From the NCBI GenBank assembly GCA_043228905.1, contig JBHGNT010000022.1, positions 5,580,001 to 5,644,000 on the forward strand: a stretch of DNA of 64,000 bases, in the 5' to 3' direction. Shown piece after piece: positions 52,301-64,000 of the stretch. The notes below the pieces were generated by a model. It saw only the letters and a list, made by a program, of their open reading frames with translations, was not told the origin of the DNA and made no database searches. The DNA comes from Azolla caroliniana. Taxonomy: Eukaryota; Plantae; Polypodiophyta. A program made the position numbers and the translations under genes. Within the stretch, counting starts at the first letter, position 1, and each line of letters begins with the position of its first letter.

Positions 52301-52637
52301 AAATACACTTTGGCCTTACAAGGATTAGAGGCTAAGACGTCTTAGTCTATATGTTAGACCTTTAACCATTATAATAACATATATGCTATATAGTTATAAT
52401 AAATGTATTATTAGTTATTAAAGATATTTAGAGTATTCTAGAACATTCTAGGATATTCCATGATTATATTAAATATAATAAATATATAAAATATTCTAGA
52501 ATACTCCATAAGGACCTACAAATAGGTGTCTATTCATTCATCACAACTCATTTGGTTCAACACCAGTTTGTAGCCCCTTAGCCTACTCTTTGTAATCCTT
52601 GCTCTCTTATAATATAAACTCTCTTTCCATTTCTAGT

Positions 52638-52672
<35 letters not shown>

Positions 52673-52720
52673 CTTCTATTGTCATCTTCTCTTTCTCTCT
52701 CCTATTCTCAAGTCTTGACA
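49371..52720 (+). mobile_element. 5'-truncated Tcn1/Tf2-like chromovirus: RT-RH-INT-chromodomain, PPT, 3' LTR 52291-52720
   Basis: YLDDIL, NYEIHNKELLAI, ISLDFITDLP, EYEVATILDS..LYYLVD chromodomain; PPT gaaaaggggggatag; LTR TGTCA..TGACA. Confidence 0.88.
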
Positions 52721-54945
52721 CTGTCAGTCCTTTATGGACTTGTATATAAGTGCTCTTTGAGCACATTCTATGTACACAGAGGATTATTATTTTAGAATAG
52801 ATTTTTATGTTATGCTCTCTCTCTGTCTCTCCCTTGTATGCTAAATATTCTCAAGCTTCCATTGAACCTGTGCTTTCTATTCTTTGTTTCTGCTCGGCTA
52901 AACCGGTTTTCTCAAGCTTCCGCACGCTAACTTTTACATGGTATTAGAGCGCGCGGGTTGAGAATCCTCTGTAGCTGACAGACGCTTTCGAAGACAAAAC
53001 CTAACACCCGGTGAAGAATAGTAGAGAACCGAAATGGACAGAGGTATGGCAAGTTCGCTTCCTACAAAAATGCTTGACCAGAGCAACTATGCATCCTAGT
53101 TTTATAAAATGCACTAGTACCTGCTGGGGCATAGATATTGGAGCTATGTGGAAGGAACCAACGAGGTAGCACCAGATCCGGAACACAAAGACTTCTCGGC
53201 ATGGGAGCAAGGAGCGAGGCGAGTATTGTACCACCTCACGTCCGGTGTGCACGATCAGATGCTTAGCTACATCAAGGATGGAAAAACGCCAAAGGAGGCC
53301 TACGAAAATCTACGAAGGATTTTTGCCGGAAGTACCATAGCCCATAAGTTGCAGCTCCGGCAAGAGCTGAACAACATCCGGCAGAGAAATATGTCGGTTA
53401 CATACTACACCACCAAGATTAAGGAGATCTGCGATGCACTCGGATCCATAAACGTAACGGTGGAAGAAGACACGATGGTTCAGATTTTTCTTGGTGGTCT
53501 AGCACAATGGTACGGGCCAATCCAAATGGCAATTTGCACCTGAGAGAAGCCACTGTCCTTCTTTGACTTACAATACATGTTGATGGTCGAAGAAAACCAC
53601 ATGAGTGGGTCGATGACCACTCAATCGGACAGTTGGATGTTGTACACAGAGGCGGATTGACCCTGTGGGCGTGTAGGGAGGGGGGTCAGCATGCAATGGA
53701 GGCGGCCGGCAAGAGTAGAAACGAAGGCACACAGACGGTGCCGACAACTGTTTCGGACCCTTCACAAGCAGGGGGAGTCAAGTTGGAGCCTGAAACCAGT
53801 AGTCAAAAATTGACACGGAATGTTGGTATTGTGGCAAGAAAGGCCACACACAGAGCGAGTGTTGGAAGAAGCATGCCGATTCGTTTAAATCCGGATCCAG
53901 CAATGCCGGACAAGGGAACCGGTAAAGCTCGCACTACACAGAAGGATCAGAAGGATCTAGAACTGGGAAGACCGGAAAAGGGCTAGCCTTCGTGATGAAG
54001 CACAAAACGAACTCGATGAAGAAGACCACTTCCAGATAGATTGGAGGAATTATGGTATGTTGATTCCTGAGCGTCAAACCACATGATGAGCCACGAAGAG
54101 TGGTTCTCGTTTTTGAAGAAGCCGGAACAACCGGGAATCGTCGAAACCGGAGACAACACCCCTCTTGCGGTTGTGCATGTCAGAGAAGTCCCTTTATTAA
54201 GCCATGTTGGACAAAAGGGAAAGCTGATGAACCTACTACAGATTCCGACAATCACAAAGAATCTAGTGTTGGTTAGAAAAATCGTCAACCAGGGAATGCA
54301 GGTGTAGTTTATGCACCTCGGGTGCTTCATCGAGGAAGAAGGTCAGATAATCGTGCAAGGATGCAGAGAAGGGAGGATGTTCATCCTCAACACAATTGAC
54401 GCCAAAGGACAAAAGATTGAATTGGACATCATTCTCTAGCATAAGCGGATCGGCCACGTCAACTACCAGGGGCTTCAAGATTTGCAATCGAAACAAGTTG
54501 TGTTCGGATTGCCAAAGTTTAGTGGCCAGAAGGCTCAAATATATGAAGCCTGCCAACTCGGGAAGCAACACCGGCTTCCATTCCCTACCGAATGAAACCG
54601 GAGCCGTAACAAGCTCAATCTAATCCATTCGGATGTATGGGGACAGACACAGAATGTTAGTCTTGGTGGGAGTCAGTATTTCATCTCCTTCATCGATAAC
54701 TATAGTCGGCACACGTGAATCTACCACATCGAGAAGAAAAGCTAAGTCTTTGACTGTTTTTGGAACCTTCAAAGCTTAGTCAAAAGGGAAACGGAGAGGA
54801 AGATAAAGTGCCTGCGGTCGGATGGCGAAAAAGAATACTTTTCTAGCCAATTCAGCAATTATCTACATCAAAAAGGAATTCAAAGAGAATTCAGCTGCCG
54901 ATACACATTGGAACAAAACTGTGTGGCCGAAAGAAAGAGCCTTTG
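52721..54945 (+). mobile_element. Copia family-2 element: end of 5' LTR (to 52938), PBS, degenerate gag-PR-INT, truncated
   Basis: tttaca|tggtattagagc; strong similarity to F (minus 22850-24737). Confidence 0.88.
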
Positions 54946-55891
54946 ATAAACTCAGTGTTGATTTTGGGATGTAACATTTGATGTTATCCAGATGCCCATT
55001 TAAAAAGTTGTTTGCGTCACCTTTCTCTTGTGGCAAGGTAAGTATGGGATGTGAAATGAGTGGGACAAACATGTTGCATTGTTGGTCATGTAGGAGTGGG
55101 TTTTTGTAGGAGCTAATACAACACTATCCATTTGCACAACACTCATGCTCAAGTTGAAGTATGTGATTGTTCACCCATCCTCATCATAACATTTACTAGA
55201 AATAAGATATTAATCATGTTCGGGATGGACAATATTCAAAATCAATTCAAATTTTATGAAGATTTAGTGATGGATCATGGTCCTACATAATTTTTAGGTC
55301 CGTTGTTTAGATTCTTCAATAAACAAGAAATTGTGCTTGAGGTTACAAGTAACTAGGTGTGCTTCAAACTTAGCTACAATTGGTTGATCATCCATGAGGG
55401 AACATGCTTCTTACTCTTGGACTTTTAAGGTGTACAGATGAACTTAGTAGGTTTCATTTGTCTTTTCCCATATAAATATATTCATTTCCAAATCCACGAT
55501 CAACTAACTAACCTAGAGGGAAATTTGTGGTTCATCACCATGCATTTTGGTTGTTGGATAAACCCATCCACAATCTATATGTTGACATACAAAGAGATCA
55601 TTTTATAGTTATGCCACTTCTACCTATGCTCATAGTTAAATATACTAACTCCCACCTGATGGTGATTATGGTTGACACAATTGTGCTATTCACACTTACT
55701 ATGTGTGAAGCTAGTATCATCATTTTCGAAGAGTAGTCCTAAAGTGACTATATTTTCTTGCTTGTCATAGCATTGATTGACTACCTTCCTGCATGTTAGC
55801 TAGTAGGATAGGATCAAAAACCTTACTGTGTCAAGCTACTATCATCATTTTCGAAGTGTGCTCCTAAAGTGACTATCTTTTCTAGCTTGTC

Positions 55892-56498
55892 TATTAGCCA
55901 GTCAACTACTCGAACTGTAAAGGTCGAAGCCGGAGTCAGACAATTGGGAAAGGACAGATTCGAATGGTAATTTTGCCAAGTAGAAAATAGGGTAATTTAT
56001 GAAATAGAACAGTTAGTGTATGTATAGCTTCTTGTCAAATAGGCAAGTGTATCACCATGGAAAAGACTCTCAGGTCGCCTAAAATAAGGGACCGAGAGCA
56101 TTGTATCATTATCGGTCTGTTTTGAATAGGCAAGTGTATCATCATGGAAAAGACTCTCAGGTCGCCTAAAATAAGGGACCAAGAGCATTGTATCATGATC
56201 ACTCTAGTTAGAGTATCTACTGTGTCGACTGTTCTGTTTTATCTTCTATCTATTTACTGTGTCGGATGTTCGAATTCATTCTCTGCTACACAAATTATGT
56301 TATAACTAATAGTCGATCAAGATCGTATGTTCTAATCCTAGTAATTAGTTTATGTGTGACCATTGTTTACATAAAGTTCTGAGTAAGTAACTAGTGTCGA
56401 CAAATACCATATCTCCAACCAGAACCTCCTTGATAGAACGTTTTTCGGAAGTAAAACGTTCGACCCATCGTGTTTGTCAGTTGTCTGTCAGGACAACA
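55892..56498 (+). mobile_element. LTR relic related to the element-B LTR, with an 87-bp internal tandem duplication (56038-56197)
   Basis: 3' end atagaacgtt..aacgttcgac..ttgtc..ggacaaca matches 2901-2971; no TSD found. Confidence 0.5.
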
Positions 56499-59400
56499 CA
56501 ACACACTTCCCATAGATAGGATAGATAGGATACGGTTCATTTTGCGGCCAAATTTTGAGGTTGCGTATGAGCAAGTTTTGAGGTTTAGGAACCTCTCTTT
56601 CTTTCTCATGCTAAATGTGAGAACCAATCGATGTGGTCCAAAGCTTCAAATAGCTTGGTATAAATGTCCCATACAAAATTAAAAGGTGGAATGTATGCTA
56701 TGAGTCTAGAATTCAACAGTATTAAATAATACAATAATATTGCAACCAAAGTTCCTAAGTCTTTGGCCACCCCACACACTTCCCACAAGGAGACTTGGAC
56801 CGTAAGTTTGAGAATTTGCTGAGAACTGCAAAGTTAACCTCATTTCTCTTATATGCATTAGTAACTAGTGTCATGATTGGGGATGGTTTTTTAGTAGTAT
56901 TGACTTCTCATGCCTAAGCATAAGGGCAAACCCACTTTTCAAGCTTACCAGGCCCTCGGATGGGCTTGCTGACTTTGTGTTCTTTTTCTTCTTGCTAAAA
57001 TGGATTGATATGCATTTGCTTCTATTTCATTTCCTTAATCAGATTTAGATAGAACACTAAATGAGCTAACAATTTCTTGTTGTGTTTATCATCAACTAGC
57101 ACATTGCATTTGTCACTGTCAAAGATGTGGGTGTTGATAGAGGTGAATGTGGGTGGCTTCTATTTCTATTTAGATGTTATTGAAGTACCATTCTCATGTT
57201 TTTCTACATTTTGAGCGATGTGTTAAGTATGGGTAATTATGTTTTCGCCAACTTCAGATGCTATGAATAACCATAATTTAATAACTATCATGTTTTTTGG
57301 GGTAGTTTGGGGCAAGACATTCCTAACCACATCTAGAGCATGTGTCCTGTCTCTAAAACCATTATGTTGTATTGAAAAAATCAACTAAAATGACAAAGCT
57401 ATGTTAAACCTTTGGGTTTGGAATATTTTTGTCGACCAACCAGAAGCAACAAAGTACCTTTGTAGAAGAGTAGTAAAGGAAAGATGTTATGAAAGACATG
57501 GTATATTTCTAAGTCTAAAGCTTTGAGTGAAAATTAGGATGTTTACTTAGGGGGGTTCAATAAGGATAGGATGTGTTAGGTAGAGCTTCATTGTTATAAT
57601 AGAAAACCTTGACTTCTATGACAAACCAAGCATACACAAATTGAATGCTGCATCAGAGAAGAACTCATTAGTATGGATTCAGATGTGGTTTTGGATAATT
57701 GAGCAAGATAACTATAGCCAAGAATAGAAAGAATTGGAAAGAACTTTGATGATATAACGTTCAAATGCCCTAATGATATGGGAGTCCATAGAAGATGATG
57801 TAGGAATATTGGATCTCAATATAAAAAAGAGGAACTAGATTTTGAATTAAGTTGAATAATGTAGGTTAACTACACTTGAGTGAGAGTGGGGAGTATGAAA
57901 ACTGACCAACACCATGTGCATATATGTCAAACATGAAGTGTGAGTACATTGAATATGGTAGATGAGTTACTCATTAGGCATACAACCTATTGGTAAGAAG
58001 GAAGCTTAGTTCTAATGTATTGTTGGGTTAGAGATTACTGTATCTGCTCACCTCGAAGTGCATGAGTTACAACTCATCCTTTATCACCTTTATCATTGTA
58101 GTCTCCTAGGGCGATTACAAATTATAAAGTAGGGATGAGTGCGTTTTGATGTCAAATTTGTATACTTGTTCACGTATGCCTTGGAATTCCCAATATGAGT
58201 CTCACGCTTGAATATCGGTTACAAAGTCATGCAATTTTATATATGCCATTGATTTCGATTGTGAAAGGGAGATTAAGCCCTAACGATATGTAGGAAATTA
58301 AAATGAACATTTTTATCCATAATTCCTTTTTTCATTCATCAACACATTGTATGAGCATAATTGTTTGTTTCCATTATGACCATGCCAATAGTAGACTAGC
58401 ATGATTGAGTTTACTATCACATTATCACTCTATGGATATAGGTTTCAACTATTTTAAACAATTGGCGCCATAATTTATGTAGGGTCTTGATTGCTTGCAA
58501 GTGGCATTTGTTTATGGAGACTAGTATGTATGATGTATATATCCAACAATATAATATGTTGCAGAACATAGTTATTGTTTCCCATTACAAGGTTTTAAGG
58601 ACTCGGAATGTCTTTTCATCAATTGTGGATACTAGTCTATCACTAATGTAATAAAACATCCTTGTCAAGTACCTCCAAGTGGGAGGGATAATAACAATAT
58701 TAGGTCTTCATCAACTGGCATTGAGTATTTATTGAGAAACATCTTGACGATGCTTAGATTCTTAAAAAGGATAGCACTTGTCCATACTTGAATGCTCCCA
58801 AAGGAGCACCTAGCCTCCAAAACATGGCAGTTTATAAAAAACAAAAGTCGGTATTACCTATAGATCACTAATCAAGAGGTGAGGACAAATGAAAAAGATT
58901 GATTTTGATGGGAAGTCTTATCGTAGAGTAAACCTTGAAATCAAGGAAGAGGGATTCATTTGAACACTCTTTTCTTAGGTATAATTCTCCGATGGCATTC
59001 AAACAAAATCTATATGAGCACATTCTCTTAACCAGTGTTCTATTCGATGGATCTTAATCCATTCCTCAATGGTATGTAACGAAACTCTTAGTCGTATATA
59101 TTTGAAGACCTTCATATTCAATCAACAAACAAATTTTAATGTTCATAATTGAGTCACTCTAGCAAGTAGAAATGCTCAATGAAACTACGTGTGCATGGAA
59201 ACACTTCTAGGATTTGCTCAATATCGGCACTCCTTAATAATTTCATAGGAAACATTACAACGGTACCAATGTAAAAAATATATGAGCTGTACTGATGAAA
59301 GTCATCAGATATTGTGTGTGCAAACAATTTTGAACATCTAGGATATCAATAATGTTCAATAATCACAACCTTTTGTTTTGCAAAGATTAGGAAATGTTTT

Positions 59401-60576
59401 ATTGTCATTTGATAGCCTTTTTTTCTAATTCAAACATTTGGTTCGAAGGATCAATTTATAAAATTACTTCTTGAAGATAAATACTTCGAAACTTTTGCAA
59501 GGGAATCTACTTGTCTCATCGATTTAATTGCAACTAGCCATGCAAATTCAAGGTATATTAAATGCAAAAGAGGATAATTTAGCAAGATGATTTCACAACG
59601 GTTTTGACACAAAAAGTTGGAAAAAGTGTTGATGGTAGACGAAGATGTGATTATCACAAAAGGCTCTTCAATGTCATTGGATGTGTTGATGTTATATGCC
59701 TCTGTGGCATATTTTACTCACGGTGGAATGTTTACTTGAGTGACTTTCACAACAAGGAATTGTAGTACATCTACCTTGGGAATTTATTTGTGGATGTATT
59801 AGCCTCATCTGTTCTATTGCAACTTGCAACTTCCTCTATGATCCAAGGAAGGAAAAGGAGAATGAAATTATTAGGGCATTCATTGTGAGTTGCCAAACAA
59901 AAGGTGGAAATTAAGTTGGTAAACAAGTAATGGTAGATGAGCATGTCATCCTTAACATAAAAAGGCTCATCAATGTTTGTATGAGCATGAGTTCAATTCA
60001 CGAATGGATCATATCTTGATGTGTTAAGACTGTCAAAGTTTTCATGTAGTGGGTTGTTCATTATCCTAATATGCTTGGACCCAATTCGTGTGTAGCATTT
60101 TCCGATTAAGTATCTAGTTGTGTTGTTGTGATGTGTTTTTCCCACTTGACAAAGTGGTCCATCCAACTCATGGTGTAGATTAAACAATGCATTTAAATCC
60201 GATATGTCATCTTCCACTCGTATACTTAGGCCCCCATTAATACCTTGTGATGAGTTCGCAACGAGTACAAGATACCTTAATTAGATCCAAATCAATCATC
60301 TTCAACGCAATCGGAGAGAGTAATAGTAGAGGCAAAGTTATGAAATAGAGTGGTGTAGAAAAGATATCTACAGTAGCTTATAGAGAACAAAGGATGTGAC
60401 ATTATATACAGAGAGACACATTGTACACACATACACACCATACACACACACACATACATACAAACACATACCATATATATACAAGACACACACACTTTCC
60501 CTCTCATATCTCATATATACATACTCTCTCTCTCTCTCATACCTCATATGTGGAAAAGTAGTAGCATGGAGATGGA

Positions 60577-60675
60577 GACACGTGGCAACATGCAATTGGA
60601 AGCCGAAGTAGAAGAAAAAAAAGCATTTTCCTTCTTCTTCTTTTTTTGGGTTCCCTCTTTACATAGGAAACGTGG
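60577..60675 (+). promoter_or_regulatory. ABRE/G-box motifs upstream of NCED
   Basis: GACACGTGGC at 60577-60586 and ACGTGG at 60670-60675, 100-200 bp before the ATG. Confidence 0.55.
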
Positions 60676-60780
60676 GTCCCTCCTTCCTTCCATGTTATTC
60701 CTCGATAGCTGATTTCATATATTAACAACACACACACATAATCACGTATACACATAGATTTATGTTAGGTTTTAGGCCAT

Positions 60781-62829
60781 ATGAATAGCAGTACCATGCT
60801 CCCCAATTCTTCTTTAATCCAATCTGCCCTAACCCAACACCAATCCATCACCAATAGCTCCACTAACATTACCTGTGGTGGCGTCCATGGTAACCCTAAT
60901 CCAACCAATGTCGGTCTATGGCCTAGCTCTAGTTCTACACCATCTTTTAGTCGGCCACATCCACTCAATTGGTCTCGCTCCATGAACAATACCCATGGCT
61001 CCAAGGTGCCTCTACCTACTAGCTGCCCCATTCCTAATCCCAACTGGAATCCGCTCCAATCGCTCCTTGCACGCATCCTCGATGCTTTCGAGAGCTCCAT
61101 CATTGCACGGATGGATGCCGCGAGGCTCCCCTTGTCTCCCTCTGTGGACCCCAAGGTTCAGCTAGCCGGGAATTTCTCGCCCGTGCCCGAGTGCCCAGTC
61201 ACCCACAGGCTTCCGGTTGAAGGCACGCTCCCGTCATGCCTGATGGGCGGGGTATACGTCCGGAATGGTGCGAACCCGAGGTTCGAGCCCAAGGGCGGGC
61301 ACCATGTCTTCGATGGCGACGGCATGTTGCATGCAGTGTCATTCAATCATGTCGACAATAACAACATGGTGTCATTCAATTGTGTCGACAACATGATCGA
61401 CAATAGCAACATGGTGTCATTCAATTGTGTCAACGACAACAACACGGGATTAAACGGCACGAATGATGGCGATAATCGCGTGAGCTACGCATCGAGGTTC
61501 ACCAAGACCTATAGGCTCTCAGTAGAGGAGGAGTTGGGGAGATCCTTCTTCCCCAAACCTGTAGGGGACCTCCATGGCGCTAGCGGCATGGCAAAGCTCC
61601 TCCTTTTCTATGCTCGTGGGTTGGCGGGCCTCGTCAACCTTTCGAGAGGCATCGGGGTCGCGAATGCGGGGCTCATCTTCTTCGACGGGAGCCTTCTGGC
61701 CATGTCAGAGGATGACCTTCCTTATCGTGTCCGGATATGTGGCAACGGAGACCTCGAGACGGTGGGTCGATATGATTTCCATGGCCAGGTCTCCCCTTCT
61801 GCCACCATGGTTGCCCACCCAAAGCTTGACCCCATCACTGGTGAGCTTTTCTCCATTGGCTATTCTGTAGTGTCCAAGCCCTACCTTAAATACTTTAAAT
61901 TCTCCCCTACTGGAATCAAAGCTGCGGAGGTCTCTATATCCCTTCCTCATCCTACACTTATCCATGACTTTGCCATCACTCAACAGTTTGTCATCATCCC
62001 GGACCAGCAAGTAATATTCCATATCCCTTCCATGCTCAAGGGGACCTCCCCTGTAGTTTTCGATAAGAACAAGACAAGCCGGTTTGGGATCTTGGCCCGG
62101 GACGCCATTGACGACACGGGATTGGAGTGGATCGACGTGCCGGATTGTTTCTGCTTTCATCTCTGGAATGCATGGGAAGAAAGGGATGGAGAGGAGATAG
62201 TTATAATTGGATCTTGCATGACTCCGGCCGATGGAGTCTTCAACGGGTGCAATGATGTCAACGAACACTCCGATTCGAGTCCATTCAGGAGCATTTTGTC
62301 GGAGGTGCGGCTTGACAGACACTCACGGACATCTCAAAGGCGGGAGATTACACCCTCGATGAACCTTGAGGCAGGGCACGTGAACCGCCACTACATTGGC
62401 AAGAAGTCCCAGTACGCCTATCTCGCCATCACCGAGCCGTGGCCGAAAGTGTCGGGCATTGCCAAGGTTGACCTTACAACAAGGGTGTGTGGGGGTCATG
62501 ATGGATCAATTCATGATATTTCTCATATCAATGAAGGTGATAAAACTCTTGATACTAGTGTTGTGGCTAAGTTCATGTTCAAGGAAGGATGCTATGGCGG
62601 GGAGCCTATGTTTGTACCTAGCTATTGTGAGGACGCCGAAGGTGATGAGGATGATGGGTATGTTCTCACTTTCTTACATGATGAAGAATGTGGCAAATCG
62701 GAGCTTCTTGTTCTTAATGCAAAGTCCCCTTGTCTTGATTTAGTTGCGTCGGTGAAGATTCCTTGTAGAGTACCATTTGGTTTCCATGGAACCTTTATCA
62801 CATGCAAGGAGCTCCAAAAGCAACATTGA
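60781..62829 (+). CDS. NCED: 9-cis-epoxycarotenoid dioxygenase (ABA biosynthesis), plastid-targeted, intronless, 682 aa
   Basis: S/T/N/P-rich transit-peptide-like N-terminus; DPKVQLAGNF, YVRNGANP, FDGDGM. Four Fe-ligand His motifs (AHPK, IHDF, FCFHLWNAWEE, FHG); NLEAG, EPWPKVSG. Confidence 0.93.
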   Translation: MNSSTMLPNSSLIQSALTQHQSITNSSTNITCGGVHGNPNPTNVGLWPSSSSTPSFSRPHPLNWSRSMNNTHGSKVPLPTSCPIPNPNWNPLQSLLARILDAFESSIIARMDAARLPLSPSVDPKVQLAGNFSPVPECPVTHRLPVEGTLPSCLMGGVYVRNGANPRFEPKGGHHVFDGDGMLHAVSFNHVDNNNMVSFNCVDNMIDNSNMVSFNCVNDNNTGLNGTNDGDNRVSYASRFTKTYRLSVEEELGRSFFPKPVGDLHGASGMAKLLLFYARGLAGLVNLSRGIGVANAGLIFFDGSLLAMSEDDLPYRVRICGNGDLETVGRYDFHGQVSPSATMVAHPKLDPITGELFSIGYSVVSKPYLKYFKFSPTGIKAAEVSISLPHPTLIHDFAITQQFVIIPDQQVIFHIPSMLKGTSPVVFDKNKTSRFGILARDAIDDTGLEWIDVPDCFCFHLWNAWEERDGEEIVIIGSCMTPADGVFNGCNDVNEHSDSSPFRSILSEVRLDRHSRTSQRREITPSMNLEAGHVNRHYIGKKSQYAYLAITEPWPKVSGIAKVDLTTRVCGGHDGSIHDISHINEGDKTLDTSVVAKFMFKEGCYGGEPMFVPSYCEDAEGDEDDGYVLTFLHDEECGKSELLVLNAKSPCLDLVASVKIPCRVPFGFHGTFITCKELQKQH

Positions 62830-62867
62830 TCGTAGCAATTCTTAGCCTAATCTTAGCGAATCACGTG

Positions 62868-62987
62868 GTAGCCAAACAACATTATATCAAGCAACCGATG
62901 AAATCAAGAAAATATATAGTAGACAATCTTAAGCAGTAGCCAAACAACATTATATCAAGCAACTGATGAAACCAAGAAAATATATAG
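62868..62987 (+). repeat. 68-bp-spaced direct duplication in the NCED 3' region
   Basis: gtagccaaacaacattatatcaagcaac.gatgaaa.caagaaaatatatag at 62868 and 62936. Confidence 0.85.
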
Positions 62988-64000
62988 CTCACAATGCTAA
63001 GTAGGATTGGAAAGGAGATGGATACTTAGGAACAAAGAGCAAAGAGAGAACCATATGGAATCCTCAATGTTGATGATTCTCTTCCCTTTTGGTTTTGGGC
63101 CATGCATGGTGACAAACAAGGGAATGTAAATAAATAAAAAAGGTCCCTTCATAAATTAAGCCTCTTTTTTGTGCATAAAAGAGAAAAAGAGCACTTTTTG
63201 TGCATTAAATGAGATATGGGAAATGTTTTATAAATAAGGAAGCTCTTCTTAGTTCCTATCCTATGCTTTGGTTGTTTTTATCTAAAGTTCATTGTTTGCA
63301 TCATCATTCACTTTTTGCTTGGCTATTTGTGTAGGCTTTCCAATTATTTCCATCCATCCATCAATCAATCAAGCATCACATACTCATCATGGGTCATATC
63401 CTTAAAAAGGATACTAAATGTTAGTTGTAACTTGCGTACGTGCATCTCTCTATGTAGTCAATATATATGTGCACATGTACATAAATATTGTGTCTCATAT
63501 ATAGCAAGTTTTATATCAATTTTAAAAATAATGTACAAATAGAATCGATCTCATTTCTATAGACATTGGATGATTGGTTGGGCAAGTTTGGGGCTCTAGT
63601 CTGTGGCCGACATATTTTTTGAACACCTTTATAACAAATAGTCTAAAGTTTATAAACTCATTAGAAAGATGTAGAGTCAATCTATTTATGGTCAAATGCA
63701 TGATCATGGATTTTATGTGATGACTTTGGAATCAGCCACTGCCATACTATCACACAACCTCAAACATGAGTGTATGTATTTGTGCCATGCATGTTCATAC
63801 GATTGACCACCCAAAACATTTCTTTCTTTCTTTGCTATGCTAGGATTTAAATTTATCAACATGCCCGAAGAATGTAGTATTTAATTTCATAGATCCACAT
63901 AATCTTTCTCACATTTTCTTCACTCCACTAATACACAAAAAAAGGCAAGAAAGAAGTCTTGGCATACAACCAACGCACATAAGGCCCTTTGTTGCCTCCA

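Noticed and set aside
52618-52670. (CT)n/(GA)n microsatellites here and at ~208-226, ~39179-39208 and ~42133-42160
   Set aside because: Ordinary components of these LTRs.
60765-62322. Antisense ORFs 60765-61154 and 61705-62322
   Set aside because: Shadows of the NCED coding strand.
60781-62829. CCD4 or CCD1 rather than NCED
   Set aside because: FCFHLWNAWEE, NLEAG and EPWPKVSG motifs, an intronless ORF and a transit-peptide-like N-terminus fit NCED better; a phylogeny would confirm.

Overview
Eukaryotic land-plant genomic DNA, probably a non-seed plant such as a fern, lycophyte or bryophyte (inferred from the retrotransposon lineages). About 55 kb is a deeply nested block of LTR retrotransposons: two Ty1/copia families, non-chromovirus Ty3/gypsy elements with an extra 3' ORF, two chromovirus-type elements, and a tRNA-Trp-primed gag-only family with a 4-bp TSD. 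One intact, intronless host gene follows: 9-cis-epoxycarotenoid dioxygenase (NCED, 60781-62829). The most striking signal is in two divergent gypsy elements (3' LTRs starting at 2479 and 11527). Neither has a polypurine tract next to the 3' LTR. Each instead carries a sense-strand copy of a mature tRNA-Arg-like 3' end (...CCCACGGG(C/T)GTGCCA) ending exactly 2 nt before the LTR TG, with a hairpin showing compensatory substitutions inserted in the T-loop. This suggests tRNA- or tRNA-mimic-primed plus-strand synthesis. Other oddities: a tRNA-like A/B-box module inside the LTRs of a very young element, duplicated PPTs in a copia family, and a shared in-frame TAG in the extra ORF. All calls were made by eye; lineage names and tRNA assignments come from recalled family knowledge and need database confirmation.
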